Of a stretch of DNA of 64,000 nucleotides, positions 1 to 11,168 are shown in pieces (positions within the stretch are counted from its first letter, which is position 1; every line of letters starts with the position of its first letter). Position numbers and translations under genes: made by a program. The DNA comes from an uncultured Ectothiorhodospiraceae bacterium (lineage in GTDB: Bacteria; Pseudomonadota; Gammaproteobacteria; DSM-5130; Acidihalobacteraceae), in assembly GCA_964620825.1 (NCBI GenBank), contig CAZUKD010000002.1, positions 233 to 64,232 of the forward strand, given 5' to 3'. The notes below the pieces were generated by a model that saw only the letters and a list, made by a program, of their open reading frames with translations, was not told the origin of the DNA and made no database searches.

Positions 1-985
1 TGCAGGCCCAGCTCTGCTGAATCACCTGGTGGATACCGACAGACTGGATTCCGTGGCGAACCGGATAGGGGTTGTCCGGGCTTTGCCAGCCATTTGGCCA
101 GGGCCCCCAGTCAAAGGCACCTGATGGCCCGAATAGAGCGATTACAGGGGTGCCGACCGCTGCTGCCATATGCATAGGGGCGGTATCGACCCCGAAAAAG
201 AGGTCGGCGATATCACTCAAGGCGGCGGTTTGTTTAAGCGTGAGGCGGCCACCGAGATCAATGGGATGATGTCGGCATTGCCCGATAATCACATCGAGCC
301 GCTGGCGCTCCCGTTCATCAGGACCGACACTCAGGGCAACTTGCACACCTCTATCCTGGAGGTGGTCGATTACCGCCGCCATGCCCGTATCCGTCCAGCA
401 TTTAAAAAACCACCGCGATGTAGGGTGAATGTGCACTAGGGGCCGGTTTGGATCATAACCTTGTTCAGCTAGTAGGTGACGAACATCAATTTTATCGGCC
501 GGATTAAGCTGCAAGCTAACCTGAATCGGGTGATCTCCCGCTTCTGGGCGACCCAGATCCAGGTTACGCAAGACGGTATGGCGTCTCCCGGATGCCGGCA
601 GTCGAGCCTGAGTGAGTAATAAGCGCCGTATACGCGGATCGTGTCCGGGACGAAAGGGAGCGCGCCGCCGCTTGGCTCCACTCAGGAAGGCGACGATCAT
701 GCCGCGATCACCTTCGGTCGTGTTGATGGCCAGATCAAAACGTAGTGTGCGCAGGCGGTGAAAAAACTTAAGTTCACGGATCAGGTAAGCAAAACGTTTC
801 TCGCCACAGACACGCAGTGGGTAGATTAGTAATTCATGGATATGCGGATGCTCGGCAAGCAGGGCCTCAGTCCCACTCTTCACCAGGACACTGACGCGAT
901 GGCCGGAGTCGTGCAAGGCTGAGATCAATGGGGTGGTTAATAGTACATCACCGATATTACGAAATTTAATTACCAGAATATTCAT
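1..985 (-). CDS. rfaQ: LPS heptosyltransferase (GT9, WaaQ/RfaQ-like), 3' end runs off the window
   Basis: Own translation from ATG at 985 (TAATG overlap with lpxL): MNILVIKFRNIGDVLLTTP...HPTSRWFFKCW...GVDTAPMHMAAAVGTPVIALFGPS. Missing from the ORF track because it has no stop in the window. Confidence 0.85.
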   Translation of the reverse strand, partial: MNILVIKFRNIGDVLLTTPLISALHDSGHRVSVLVKSGTEALLAEHPHIHELLIYPLRVCGEKRFAYLIRELKFFHRLRTLRFDLAINTTEGDRGMIVAFLSGAKRRRAPFRPGHDPRIRRLLLTQARLPASGRRHTVLRNLDLGRPEAGDHPIQVSLQLNPADKIDVRHLLAEQGYDPNRPLVHIHPTSRWFFKCWTDTGMAAVIDHLQDRGVQVALSVGPDERERQRLDVIIGQCRHHPIDLGGRLTLKQTAALSDIADLFFGVDTAPMHMAAAVGTPVIALFGPSGAFDWGPWPNGWQSPDNPYPVRHGIQSVGIHQVIQQSWAC

Positions 986-1902
986 TAATAAAAACGTGGT
1001 TCATCACCAGGGCGATCCTTAAATCGGCGGTGGGCCCAGAAATATTGCTCCGGTGCCCTATGCACCCACTTAGTGATCAGTGCATTGATGCGGGTAGCGT
1101 CGGTGACCGGATCCCCGCTGGGGAAGTGATCCAGGGCAGGTTCGATGATTTGCATGTAGCGACCATTCGGGAGGCGGTAAGTAAAAAACGGAACAACTAT
1201 TGCGCCCCCGGCAGCAAGGCGACTGGTAACGGTGTTAGTTGCTGCGGGAATGTCAAAAAATGGTGCAAATACCCCGCCTTTATGACCAAAATTCTGATCT
1301 GATGCGTACCAGATGATTTCTCCGTGGCGCAGGGCACGTAGCAGGCCGCGCATGTCGTCACGGGGAATCGGCTCACCAAAGCGTGCGTGCCGGTTTTTGC
1401 GCATCAGATATTCGAGTACCGGATTGTCGCTAGGTCGGTAGAATGCCTTCAAAGGGAGATCCGGGGCCGCTTCGGCCAGAAAACGCCCACCAATTTCCAG
1501 AGTGGTGAAATGCGCTGATAGCAAAATCACACCGCGACTCTGCGCATAGGCCTGCCGCAGATGCTCGATTCCATGTAACTCGACCAGGGTTTGGACACGC
1601 TGCGACGACGCCCACCAGCCGAATGCCAACTCGAGCAAGCCGATTCCGAAAGCCTCGAAATGTGCTCGCACGAGATCATTACGCTGGTGTGGGGAAAGTT
1701 TAGGAAAACACAAATCTATATTGATCCGGACGATCCGGGCACGACGACGCCCTAAAAGCCGAAACAGCCGCCCAATCCCCCGGCCCAGAGTTTTTTGCGG
1801 GGGCAGGGGCAAAAGTACGGCTAGCCGAAACAGGCCAAAGATCAGCCACATGGGCCAGGTGCCCGGGTCCAGCGGCGCATCGATGGGATGGGTTTGACTC
1901 AT
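985..1902 (-). CDS. lpxL: Lipid A lauroyl/palmitoleoyl acyltransferase (LpxL/LpxP family)
   Basis: SAHFTTLE (H-x4-E), YASDQNFG, APEQYFWAHRRFK. Confidence 0.9.
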   Translation of the reverse strand: MSQTHPIDAPLDPGTWPMWLIFGLFRLAVLLPLPPQKTLGRGIGRLFRLLGRRRARIVRINIDLCFPKLSPHQRNDLVRAHFEAFGIGLLELAFGWWASSQRVQTLVELHGIEHLRQAYAQSRGVILLSAHFTTLEIGGRFLAEAAPDLPLKAFYRPSDNPVLEYLMRKNRHARFGEPIPRDDMRGLLRALRHGEIIWYASDQNFGHKGGVFAPFFDIPAATNTVTSRLAAGGAIVVPFFTYRLPNGRYMQIIEPALDHFPSGDPVTDATRINALITKWVHRAPEQYFWAHRRFKDRPGDEPRFY

Positions 1903-2696
1903 GAGTAGCGAACGATTGTACGGACTACAGTTGCCGACAACAAGCCTGATGAATCTGATTATACCGAGCGTAAATAGGGAAGAAAATAATTTTGGAATAA
2001 AATGTGGTCCAGGTGGCTTGGAATGATCCCATCCCCGATTGGTCCTTTTCCCCCGGCAGAAAGTTATGAGAAGTGAGTGTAGTTTAACCTTTCCCTAGAA
2101 CAAGGCGCATCTCGTTTCCAGGTTCAGGCTATGTGGCGCGAATTCTAAGTGGCAGTAGAATACTATGGCCGGGGTTACCTCCTGACCCTTCCAGGGTGAG
2201 TCTGCCACAATCGTGCGCATGAGCAATTTTTGACCTGCACCAGCATACGCGTCGTAATCTCCGGCCTATAGCGTTTTTAATCACGAATATGCCATGAATA
2301 TTCAATAACGATACGGCCATGAAGGCCAAAAATCCTTCGCAGCAGTTCACCAACCCTGCTGCTTGTTTATCCATGTAATTGGTTTGCGCAAGTTCCGATG
2401 TCGGCCGCTTTTAACCGAATCAGGGAGTGGTCGCCTCCACCCATGGGACCAAGAGCGTAAGTAGACATCAGATCGGCCAGTGCTACCGTATGTTCTGATG
2501 AAGAAAACCTATTTTAGTGATAGCTGTCTCAGGTATTATTTTAGGGTCAGTAGAAGGTTGAATGAATCGACTATTCGAGTAACCGTTGGGAGCAGATTTT
2601 ATAGTCAGAGGCATACTGTCATAAGGACGATTGGTTCCCTGCCCAAGAACCGATGGCCAACAAGGATAAACTGATAGTCATAAGGGGTATATATCG

Positions 2697-3413
2697 ATGA
2701 GAGCACATTATTTTCAGCATGTCCCCTATGAAGGGCTAGGAAACATCATGGCGTGGTTCGAGGTGGCTGCATGTGAAGTCTATAGTACGCATTTTTATGC
2801 TGGCGAGCCATTGCCTGATCCCGATAGTGTCGATCTGTTAATCGTCATGGGTGGGCCGATGAGTGTGGGCGATGAGCGAACATTCCCTTGGTTGGTCGAT
2901 GAGAAGAATTTTATCTATCAGCATATAGACAAAGGCAAGGCGGTACTAGGGATTTGTTTGGGCGCCCAACTGATCGCGGCAGCCCTGGGTTCCCCGGTAT
3001 ATTCGAATGCAGAGAAAGAAATCGGCTGGTTCGAGGTGCAGGGCTTGCCTGCCATTAAGCCGACTGATTTCGCTTTCCCCACCGTTTTTAGGGCGTTTCA
3101 TTGGCATGGCGATACTTTTGACCTGCCGCCGGGGGCGCGTCGGTTGGCCTGTAGTGCAATAACGCGGAATCAGGCCTTTCTATTGGGTGAGCGGGTGATG
3201 GGAGTGCAGTTTCATCTGGAAACTACGCCAGAATCGGTGCAGGATATGGTGGTACAGGGGCAGGATGAATGGATTCCAACGGCTCATGTGCAAAGTCTAT
3301 CTAAGATCCTTTCCGTATCTCCGGGGCAATATGATGCCATGCATTCCTTGATGGGGGGGATACTGGACTTCCTATGCAGTTCTGCTGGCTTACCGGATTC
3401 ATATCCAGCTTGA
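2697..3413 (+). CDS. Class I glutamine amidotransferase-like protein
   Basis: QHVPYEG, MGGPMSV, GICLGAQL, HWHGDTF, QFHLE. Confidence 0.9.
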   Translation: MRAHYFQHVPYEGLGNIMAWFEVAACEVYSTHFYAGEPLPDPDSVDLLIVMGGPMSVGDERTFPWLVDEKNFIYQHIDKGKAVLGICLGAQLIAAALGSPVYSNAEKEIGWFEVQGLPAIKPTDFAFPTVFRAFHWHGDTFDLPPGARRLACSAITRNQAFLLGERVMGVQFHLETTPESVQDMVVQGQDEWIPTAHVQSLSKILSVSPGQYDAMHSLMGGILDFLCSSAGLPDSYPA

Positions 3414-3427
3414 TTTGTGGCGATGAA

Positions 3428-4021
3428 TTACGGATACAGTAACCGTGATGTCCATCCGGTTTTCTGTTTTTCCCAAAGAATGCGCTCGTGCAGGCGATAG
3501 TTCGCGCCATACCAGAATTCAATCCGGTCGGGGCGTACACGGTAACCACCCCAGTGCGGCGGCCGGGGAATTTCCTGGTCTATGAACTCGCGTTCATAGC
3601 GCATGAAGTGCTGTTCAAACGTTTCCCGTGAGGGTAGTGTTTGGGATTGCAGGGAGGCCCATGCGCCGACCTGGCTCAGGCGCGGTCGGGTAGCGAAATA
3701 GGCATCGGACATTGCAGCAGGAACCTTTTCGGAAAAACCTTCAATCCGGATTTGGATCCCTCCTCCTTCGCCCAGTGTAGGCCAATGAAAACAAAGTGAA
3801 ACTGCTGTGTTAAGGGCTATTTCATGGCCTTTGGCGCTATTGTAATTGGTATAGAAGATAAAGCCTGCAGCATCGTATTCCTTGAGCAGAACGACCCGGC
3901 TATGTGGACGGTTGCTTTTATCCACCGTAGCCAGAATGATGGCGTTGGGAATCGGCTCACTGGAGGCCAGCGCTCGTTCATAGTGGGTAGCGAAAGCATC
4001 GAGGATGCGGGGGTCGATCAT
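3428..4021 (-). CDS. pdxH: Pyridoxamine 5'-phosphate oxidase
   Basis: RVVLLK, FYTNYNSAKG, YFATRPRLSQ, PRPPHWGGY, RLHER, LYP end. Confidence 0.95.
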   Translation of the reverse strand: MIDPRILDAFATHYERALASSEPIPNAIILATVDKSNRPHSRVVLLKEYDAAGFIFYTNYNSAKGHEIALNTAVSLCFHWPTLGEGGGIQIRIEGFSEKVPAAMSDAYFATRPRLSQVGAWASLQSQTLPSRETFEQHFMRYEREFIDQEIPRPPHWGGYRVRPDRIEFWYGANYRLHERILWEKQKTGWTSRLLYP

Positions 4022-4031
4022 GAATTCATTC

Positions 4032-4826
4032 CTAGGTAGGTTGTGAATCTTCCGGAATATCGAGAAAGCGTGCTGACCAGCTCGCGATCAGGTGTGCGCA
4101 ATATTGCACATCGGTCTCGCGCCTGAGCAGATGATCAGCACCATCCAGACTGGCGAAAGCCTTGGGCTCCGAAGCTGCGGAAAACAGTTCAAGTGCGTGC
4201 ACATAGGGAACGATCGCATCTTCTGGTGCATGTAGAAACAGCGTAGCACACGTGAGTCGGCGTGCTGCCTCGACGGGGTTCTTACGACTCAAGTCGCGCA
4301 GAAGGTTGCGCCCGAAGCGATAGGGTTTGCCACCGATATGAATCGCCAGGGAACCATCTGGGAAGCGCTGTTCAGCATGATCATTCAACCGCTTGAGCAG
4401 ATGGCCGTGGTTGGCTGGTGCTCCCAGGGTGACAACTGCGCACACAGCGGATAGATCGCCTGCAGCGGCAAGAGAAACCGCCCCACCCATACTATGGCCG
4501 AGCAGTAGTAGGGGGGCCGATATTTGTGTGCGCAGCCACGTTGCGGCGTGGCGCACGTCATCAATTTCTCCATTGATATCGGTAGTGGTGAAATTTCCTT
4601 CACTGTCGCCAAGTCCGGTGGGATCGAAGCGCAAGACGGCAATACCTTCGGCAACGAGATGATGAGCCATGCGCACGGCGACTGGAATATCCTTGGTGCA
4701 GGTAAAGCAGGGTGTGTAGACCGCAATGGCGCGGGGTAGGCCGGCGGGCATGTGCAGTTTACCGGCAAGAGCTTGTCCCCGTGCGTTGGTGAACCGGATC
4801 AGCTCGGCGTCAGTCGATATATTCAT
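4032..4826 (-). CDS. Alpha/beta hydrolase (resembles the N-terminal domain of hydrolase-OsmC fusions)
   Basis: CFTCTKD, LRFDPTGLGDSEG, GHSMGG nucleophile elbow, DGADHLL. Confidence 0.85.
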   Translation of the reverse strand: MNISTDAELIRFTNARGQALAGKLHMPAGLPRAIAVYTPCFTCTKDIPVAVRMAHHLVAEGIAVLRFDPTGLGDSEGNFTTTDINGEIDDVRHAATWLRTQISAPLLLLGHSMGGAVSLAAAGDLSAVCAVVTLGAPANHGHLLKRLNDHAEQRFPDGSLAIHIGGKPYRFGRNLLRDLSRKNPVEAARRLTCATLFLHAPEDAIVPYVHALELFSAASEPKAFASLDGADHLLRRETDVQYCAHLIASWSARFLDIPEDSQPT

Positions 4827-5596
4827 GATTCATGAGCAGGTAAGTCGCGGCGGTGGCGTGGGTCCTGTTTGTAGAAATCGACCAACAAATGATACATGTG
4901 TGGCCATTCGTGCGCGAGTTGGCGGGGAGTCTCGAAGAAGGATTCGCTGGCAACAGCAAAAAATTCCGCTGGAGATTCCGCAGCATAAGGGTAAAGAGCG
5001 TGATAATGCCAGGGATGGTTGGAAAAAGCCTGGTAGGCAGCGGTAAAGGTTTCCGTCCATTCAGGGATTGGCATGCCGGGGTGGAGTGGTGGGAAACCAT
5101 TGGCTATGCCGTTTTGCAGATCCAGCCAGTGGGCACACTCGTGAATCACGACCTGGTGTCCATCCAGCGGTGTGGAATGTTCGATATCCTCCCAGGAGAG
5201 CATCATCAATCCCTGATCCCAGGCTTCCCCGCTCAGTGCTCGCCGCTGGGTATGCATCACACCAGTTTCATCCATCCAGGAATCGGTGCTCGCAAAGGCG
5301 CCGGGGTAGATCACAACTTCGTGCAGACCATGATACCAGTTAAGACTAAGCTCCAGGATCGGTAGTGTGGCTAGCAGGGCGATCCGCAGTCGTTGATCCG
5401 CATTCAGTTTGAGATCATCTACGGTCATGATGGTGCGGGTACGCAGAAACTCATGAGCTAGACACCATAATTTTTTGCACTTGGCTTGCGGGAGGCTGAA
5501 AAGTACGGCTTGCTTGGCTTGCGCGCGATCCCATATCGAAAGATCAAATGGCGGTGGGGTATGATGAACAATTTGTAGGATTTTCTCGAACACCAA
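4823..5596 (-). CDS. mtfA: Zinc-dependent peptidase, MtfA/M90 family
   Basis: LSGEAW, HECAHWLD (HExxH), YAAESPAEFFAVASESFFE. Confidence 0.85.
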   Translation of the reverse strand: MVFEKILQIVHHTPPPFDLSIWDRAQAKQAVLFSLPQAKCKKLWCLAHEFLRTRTIMTVDDLKLNADQRLRIALLATLPILELSLNWYHGLHEVVIYPGAFASTDSWMDETGVMHTQRRALSGEAWDQGLMMLSWEDIEHSTPLDGHQVVIHECAHWLDLQNGIANGFPPLHPGMPIPEWTETFTAAYQAFSNHPWHYHALYPYAAESPAEFFAVASESFFETPRQLAHEWPHMYHLLVDFYKQDPRHRRDLPAHES

Positions 5597-6306
5597 TTCT
5601 TCTCTATAAGATCACTCTTCAAAGTATATAGAAATGCCACTGACCACAGTGGCAGCCTGATGGAATATTTCTCCCAGGTTTTTTTATCCCAGTTCATAGG
5701 GCATGATCACATCATGCAAAGAGGGTTTGAAGTGCTTAGAAAGGTCTAGGATTGATCATCAGTATAGTGCTTGCTAGTATACTGTAATGGCAGGCAGGGT
5801 ATCGCACTGGATGCGCCAAGGCTGCGGTACGCATGACATGGGGGTTGTGGCTCCGTTCCAGCCTCAAATAACCCGGGACCTTCTCACAAAGGCAGATCGT
5901 ATAGGAATAAAACAACGACCCGCCATTCCCGCGAGCTTCTAGTGGAAAGCTAGTGACTTTGTCGCGCTTAACCGCTGGGTCCCGGCTCAACAGCCTATCA
6001 GGATGATGAAAGTGTTTCGTGTAAAGCTCTCGAAGAGATGACCCTGCTTGATAGCGCTTCCCAGCTCAAGGGGTATGGGTCAGGAATAAGTGGGAAACAC
6101 CCTAAAAGTGTGGATTGCTGGCCTTGTAGCCACCCATTCGTATGCTTGATGAGAGCCAGTCAGGCGGTGAGGGATAAAATACGATGCGGTCGCGGTATAC
6201 TGTTTCCGCATGGGCAGGGTATCCCGTGGTTGCAGGTTGTCCTGGTCGCTGAAATTCCACTCCGACCGATCCTGGTTGGAGTTTAACAAAACTAAAGGAT
6301 AATTTA

Positions 6307-6864
6307 ATGAGTCTTGCAAACGTACCTGCCGGTAAATCCATGCCGGATGATTTCAATGTCGTGATCGAAATCCCCGCGCTTGCCCCCCCGGTTAAATATG
6401 AGGTGGACAAAGAAAGTGGATTATTGATGGTGGATCGGTTCATGAGTACTTCGATGGTCTATCCCTGCAATTATGGTTTTATCCCGCAAACACTTTCCGA
6501 GGATGGCGATCCGGTGGATGTTCTGGTGGTCACGCCGATTCCCCTGGTCCCCGCTTGCGTCATTCGCTGCCGTCCTCTGGGTATGTTACAGATGACCGAT
6601 GAGAAAGGCCCGGATGCAAAAATTATCGCTATCCCAGTACATAAATTATACCCCGGTTATGATTATGTTAAAACGGTAGCAGAACTGTCGGAGTTTTTGC
6701 TTGGGCAGATCAAGCACTTTTTTGAGCAATACAAGATGCTTGAAGTAGGGAAATGGGTCAGGGTGGAAGGTATTGAGAATATTGATGCCGCACGCATGGA
6801 AATTACTGCCAGTGCCACACGTTATCAGGATACAACTTCCCAACGCCAGGGCGATGGGAATTAA
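6307..6864 (+). CDS. ppa: Inorganic pyrophosphatase (family I)
   Basis: [36 protein letters not shown]. Confidence 0.97.
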   Translation: MSLANVPAGKSMPDDFNVVIEIPALAPPVKYEVDKESGLLMVDRFMSTSMVYPCNYGFIPQTLSEDGDPVDVLVVTPIPLVPACVIRCRPLGMLQMTDEKGPDAKIIAIPVHKLYPGYDYVKTVAELSEFLLGQIKHFFEQYKMLEVGKWVRVEGIENIDAARMEITASATRYQDTTSQRQGDGN

Positions 6865-6936
6865 TTTAGGGTTTTCAGAGTGAGTGGCGATTCGTCACTT
6901 TTGGTAAGGATTGATTTACGAGATGGGCGTTTTCGC

Positions 6937-6966
6937 TACCCCGGCTTGCCAGAGAAAGCCGGGGTA
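6937..6966. terminator. GC-rich hairpin downstream of ppa, possible terminator
   Basis: TACCCCGGCTT / AAGCCGGGGTA 11-bp arms; weak U tract. Confidence 0.35.
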
Positions 6967-7185
6967 CTACCCCTGCCGCAATGGAACGGCGTGTTCGTGG
7001 GCTGTTTGGCATCAGGGTAACACTGTCATGGGCGGCATCGGGCAGGGTTTATATTGGTCACACCTTTACAATTGTAAAGGTTACGGCAACGCTGTCCCAG
7101 CACGGCTGGCGCTATCGTCCATATTTACTACATGCGCCGTGCTTACAAGTATTCATTCTTATCACCATCCAGTAGCGTATTGAAT

Positions 7186-8265
7186 ATGAAAAATTTCCAC
7201 CATTTTGTTCTTACTCTGCAGTACTTCCTTGCCGCATGCATACTAGCTGTTCCAGCCGGGGTAGTAGCCCAGAATCAGGTACCTGTAAATACTTTAGTGC
7301 AGCCATTCGTCGAGCGGCCAGTAGTGCAGGCCTATATCGGCCAGCTGGTACGACAGGATGGTTTCAAGCGCGCGCGGCTACTTCAGATTTTCAGTCAGGT
7401 GAAGCCCTTGCCGGCGGTTATTCAGGCTATCAAGCGCCCGGCAGAATCCCTACCCTGGTATCATTATCGTAGTATTTTCATGACTCCGGCGCGGATCGCT
7501 GGCGGAGTAGCCTTCTGGCAGGCTCATCGGGCAACGCTGGAACGTGCCGAGCGGGTATATGGTGTGCCGCCTCAAATCGTTATCGCCATTATCGGCGTAG
7601 AAACTCTATATGGCGAGCGCATGGGGAACTGGCAGGTAATGGATGCCCTGGCAACTTTGGGATTTGATTATCCGCCACGTGCCCACTATTTTCGTAGCCA
7701 GCTCACTCAGTTCCTATTGCTTGCCCGCGCCGAGGGTTTTAATCCACTCCTGCCGAAAGGTTCTTATGCTGGAGCTATGGGAATGGGGCAGTTTATGCCC
7801 GGTAGTTACCGCCATTATGCGGTAGATTTCGACCACAATGGGCGGCGTGATTTATGGAGCAATACTAATGATGCAATCGGTAGTGTAGCCAATTATCTGG
7901 CCCGACATGGCTGGCAGCGTGGCGGCATGGTAGCGATGCGGGCTACTATTGAGGGTACTCCACCGGTAGCCGATAAGCCGAAATTCAGGCCAGGTTTGAC
8001 GCCAGCTCAATTGGCTGCGCTGCATGTACAACCCAGAACCAGGCTGACAGCGTCTTCAGGTTCATTCAGTCTGATTCGCCTGGAAGGCCGACAACATCCA
8101 CAGTATTGGGTCGGTGCCAAGAATTTTTACGCCATCATGCGTTACAATTATAGCCCGCTCTATGCGATGGTGGTCTATCAACTCTCCATGGCTATATGCA
8201 AGGCCCATCATCAGACTTGCACTGGAGAGACTCTCGCTCCTGGTAAACCAATGATCCATCGGTGA
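7186..8265 (+). CDS. mltB: Lytic murein transglycosylase B
   Basis: IIGVETLYG catalytic Glu, GSYAGAMGMGQFMPGSY, AVDFDHNGRRDL, YNYSPLYAM; start moved to ATG 7186. Confidence 0.93.
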   Translation: MKNFHHFVLTLQYFLAACILAVPAGVVAQNQVPVNTLVQPFVERPVVQAYIGQLVRQDGFKRARLLQIFSQVKPLPAVIQAIKRPAESLPWYHYRSIFMTPARIAGGVAFWQAHRATLERAERVYGVPPQIVIAIIGVETLYGERMGNWQVMDALATLGFDYPPRAHYFRSQLTQFLLLARAEGFNPLLPKGSYAGAMGMGQFMPGSYRHYAVDFDHNGRRDLWSNTNDAIGSVANYLARHGWQRGGMVAMRATIEGTPPVADKPKFRPGLTPAQLAALHVQPRTRLTASSGSFSLIRLEGRQHPQYWVGAKNFYAIMRYNYSPLYAMVVYQLSMAICKAHHQTCTGETLAPGKPMIHR

Positions 8266-8619
8266 GCAGGGTTTTACTCAGTGAATATTGCTTGGTTTTC
8301 AGTGCCTGGTGGTGCCGGAAAGTGCCACCAGGTTTGCCTGGGGTCCACTAGACGATATAGAGAAACAGGTTTTCGTGTAGAAATGTTTGCAAAATATGGG
8401 GACCAAAATATGGTCCGTTGCCATAGATTGATAACCCGGCTTGCGTAGTGTCATGGCGGTTTAATAGGTGCGATATGGCCCAGTGCTTGCTGTGGAATGT
8501 ACTGGTTGTAAATCTGTACATAGCGCGTAAGCGTTGCAACCAGGCTTGCGGATGAATCGAAGCGAGTGGTTACCAGGGCATCAGGGATCCGGCCATTGAA
8601 TCGTTCTATCATCCCATTG

Positions 8620-8985
8620 GTTTGCAGGGTACGAGGAGGGTCAGGCGCGGATGGACCATCTGCGTGGGAATGCCTTTCCTGAAGGGAAGGATTTGGAATC
8701 CCGGGTTGAAGCCATCAGAGACGTTATGGGGTTTACCCGTAAGTGGTCAGGAGACACTATTTACGGGGCGAGGGAGAACCGGAAAGCGCCGAGGCGTTGC
8801 AGACACAACGCCGCGAAGACTACCGCCAATGCATCCCGATCAAAGGCGCAACAGTCAGGACACGGCTATCGCCTCAACTGCATTAGGGCCAGCGTGCTGA
8901 CCCCTCGGTAACCTGGATCAACCACATCTTTCTGGTAATAAACCTGGCCGTCCTGTTGAGGATCTTTTTTGTGCCGGGTAAAAAG
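8620..8985 (+). pseudogene. Degraded IS5-family-like transposase, C-terminal part
   Basis: Frameshifted pieces DHLRGNAFPEGKDLESRVEA, DTIYGARENR, GYRLNCIRA and WINHIFLVINLAVLLRIFF resemble recalled IS5-type DDE transposase C-termini. Confidence 0.65.
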
Positions 8986-9127
8986 GGTGTTACCGCAACT
9001 CTATGGTCACTATTGCAAGTCGGGAAGAAACTATTTTGTTATCGGAACATCCATTTCGACCACCACCAGCATTTTATGCTAACCCGCGGCATCCTGACTG
9101 ACTGAGCAGGCTCTAGATCGTGTCTGA

Positions 9128-10477
9128 TTATGTACTTAAAAGGCGAACAAGATTTTTATGATCTTCTTTCATCCTATTATCAGTAGTGATGAGTTCCCTG
9201 ATTTTTTTACAGGCATGGATAACAGTGGTATGATCCCGCCCTCCGAAAGCGTCCCCAATTTCTGGCAAACTATGATTGGTAAATTCTTTTGCTAGATACA
9301 TAGCCAATTGTCTAGGCCTGGTAATTGATCTGCTTCGTCTGCTGGATAGTAAATCTGCTACCCTTATTTTGTAATATTCAGCAACAGTTTTCTGAATGTT
9401 TTCCAGAGTGGCCATTTTATCTTGCAATGAGAGTAGATCGTGTAGTGCTATTTTTGTAAACTCTACAGTTATTTCTTGCCCACTGAATTGCGCAGTCGCG
9501 ATGATACGGCGTAAAGCGCCCTCTAATTCCCTGACATTAGAACATATCCGTTTTGCAACAAAAAAAGCGACATCGTTTGGCAATTCTATATTTGCTTGAC
9601 TCGCTTTTTTCTGGAGGATAGCTACTCTCGTTTCCAGCTCGGGTGGTTCTACCGCAACTGTTAATCCCCATCCAAACCTCGATTTTAGCCGTTCTTCCAG
9701 GCCACTTACCTCTTTTGGATATTTGTCGCTAGTCAATATCACCTGATGGCGGCCTTCAAGCAACGCATTAAAAGTATGAAAGAATTCTTCCTGTGAACGA
9801 TCCTTCCTAGCAAAAAACTGAATATCATCGATAAGCAAGGCATCAGCTGTTCGGTAATATCTCTTAAAGTTGGTGATAGTATTATGCTGGAGAGCCTTAA
9901 TCATATTAGCTACAAAACCTTCAGAATGAAGGTAGATCACACGTGCTTCAGAATTTAACTGTATGATCTGGTTTCCGACTGCATGCATTAAATGTGTTTT
10001 ACCTAAACCGACTCCTCCATATATGAAAAGAGGATTGTAAGCTTTACCTGGATTCAGAGCTACCTGTAGCGATGCTGCCCTTGCCAGTTGATTGGAGTTC
10101 CCTTCAATAAAATTATCAAATGTAAAATCTGGATTTAGTTTACTGTCATAATCTGCAACAGTTTCAGTGTAACGGTTTTTAACTCTAAGTGATTGCTGGC
10201 TCCTATTTTTTGTCTTTTCGAATACCCCGATTCTAAGCTTTACCTGGATGTTTTGTCTGGGATATAGTTCATCGATAATAGTTTCTATTTTTGAAATATA
10301 ATTCTGATGAACCCATTCCAGTATAAAACGATTAGGGGCTAACAGTTCAAGACTATGCCCGTCTTCTAATGCTTGTAGAGGTCTTAGCCAGGTGTTGATC
10401 TGTTGTTCGTCCAATTCGGACTGGAGCCTTTCAATGCAGAGCTGCCACATGCGAGTATCAATCAATTTATTCTCCAT
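9128..10477 (-). CDS. dnaA: Chromosomal replication initiator DnaA, full length, orphan and AT-rich
   Basis: NTWLRPL (domain I), [17 protein letters not shown] (Walker A), LLIDDIQF (Walker B), [17 protein letters not shown]...[11 protein letters not shown] (domain IV). Confidence 0.97.
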   Translation of the reverse strand: MENKLIDTRMWQLCIERLQSELDEQQINTWLRPLQALEDGHSLELLAPNRFILEWVHQNYISKIETIIDELYPRQNIQVKLRIGVFEKTKNRSQQSLRVKNRYTETVADYDSKLNPDFTFDNFIEGNSNQLARAASLQVALNPGKAYNPLFIYGGVGLGKTHLMHAVGNQIIQLNSEARVIYLHSEGFVANMIKALQHNTITNFKRYYRTADALLIDDIQFFARKDRSQEEFFHTFNALLEGRHQVILTSDKYPKEVSGLEERLKSRFGWGLTVAVEPPELETRVAILQKKASQANIELPNDVAFFVAKRICSNVRELEGALRRIIATAQFSGQEITVEFTKIALHDLLSLQDKMATLENIQKTVAEYYKIRVADLLSSRRSRSITRPRQLAMYLAKEFTNHSLPEIGDAFGGRDHTTVIHACKKIRELITTDNRMKEDHKNLVRLLST

Positions 10478-10789
10478 CTAAAAAGAGTCAGTAATTTAGT
10501 TAACCCATTTCTATCAGATCAGCATCTTAGAAAGGGAAACACAATATATTGTTATATAGGTTGGGATATAATTTAGTCTCAACAACACAACTACATTGAC
10601 AGGTTGACTGTTTACAGAGTAATGATCAGTCAAGCTCAGGGTCAGCCAGCCAATGGACAAATCAGCTAAAAAGCGGGGTGTGGCTACAATTTCCCGTAGC
10701 CTGCCGGATACCCAGGGAAAACACCTAACCTCACAGGAATAGTTAATTTTAAGGTAACACCTTATTACCGCATGCCCAGCTGCTGTGAG

Positions 10790-11110
10790 CGCCAGGAAAT
10801 TCACGTGATCGGCCAATAGCTTGCCCACCCTTGGCGAGGATGGGGTTGATGGCCGCGCTAACCGGGGGTAATTTGACTGTCGGCTGGCCCTTAACGAATC
10901 GTTGGCTTTTGAGCCTTGCACTGACTTTCGCTGAAGGGGTTGTCATGGCTCACCAGAGATCGGCTGTGACTGCAGACATCCCACCATCATGCGCTTTAAA
11001 AGCCTCACGCAATCATCGGAGCCGCGATCCTGATGTCGTGTTAGCTGGTCGGGAACAATGCCATAGCGGGCTAACGCCTCCTTTATGATGGGATGGCATC
11101 ATTGGAAATT
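10790..11110 (-). pseudogene. Degraded IS3-family transposase (rve core) fragment
   Basis: Minus-strand pieces IKEALARYGIVPDQLTRHQDRGS and CSHSRSLVSHDNPFSESQCKAQK match the H(S/Q)DRGS and SxSRPxVSNDNPFSES motifs; frameshifted. Confidence 0.75.
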
Positions 11111-11168
11111 TAACCGATTCCACTGATACAGAATTCTGAACGCTCTCCTTTCCGATGGCCCAAGTATG

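Noticed and set aside
1950-2690. Short ORFs in the lpxL-amidotransferase gap (likewise 5600-6300 and 58700-59200)
   Set aside because: No recognisable motifs; possibly decayed DNA, but I cannot assign anything.
8300-8335. TGGTGCCGG as a tRNA-derived att repeat for the dnaA island
   Set aside because: Does not match the tRNA-Thr 3' end; better explained as a hairpin after mltB.
10478-10790. AT-rich region upstream of dnaA as oriC
   Set aside because: No consensus DnaA boxes seen; more likely just the promoter region.
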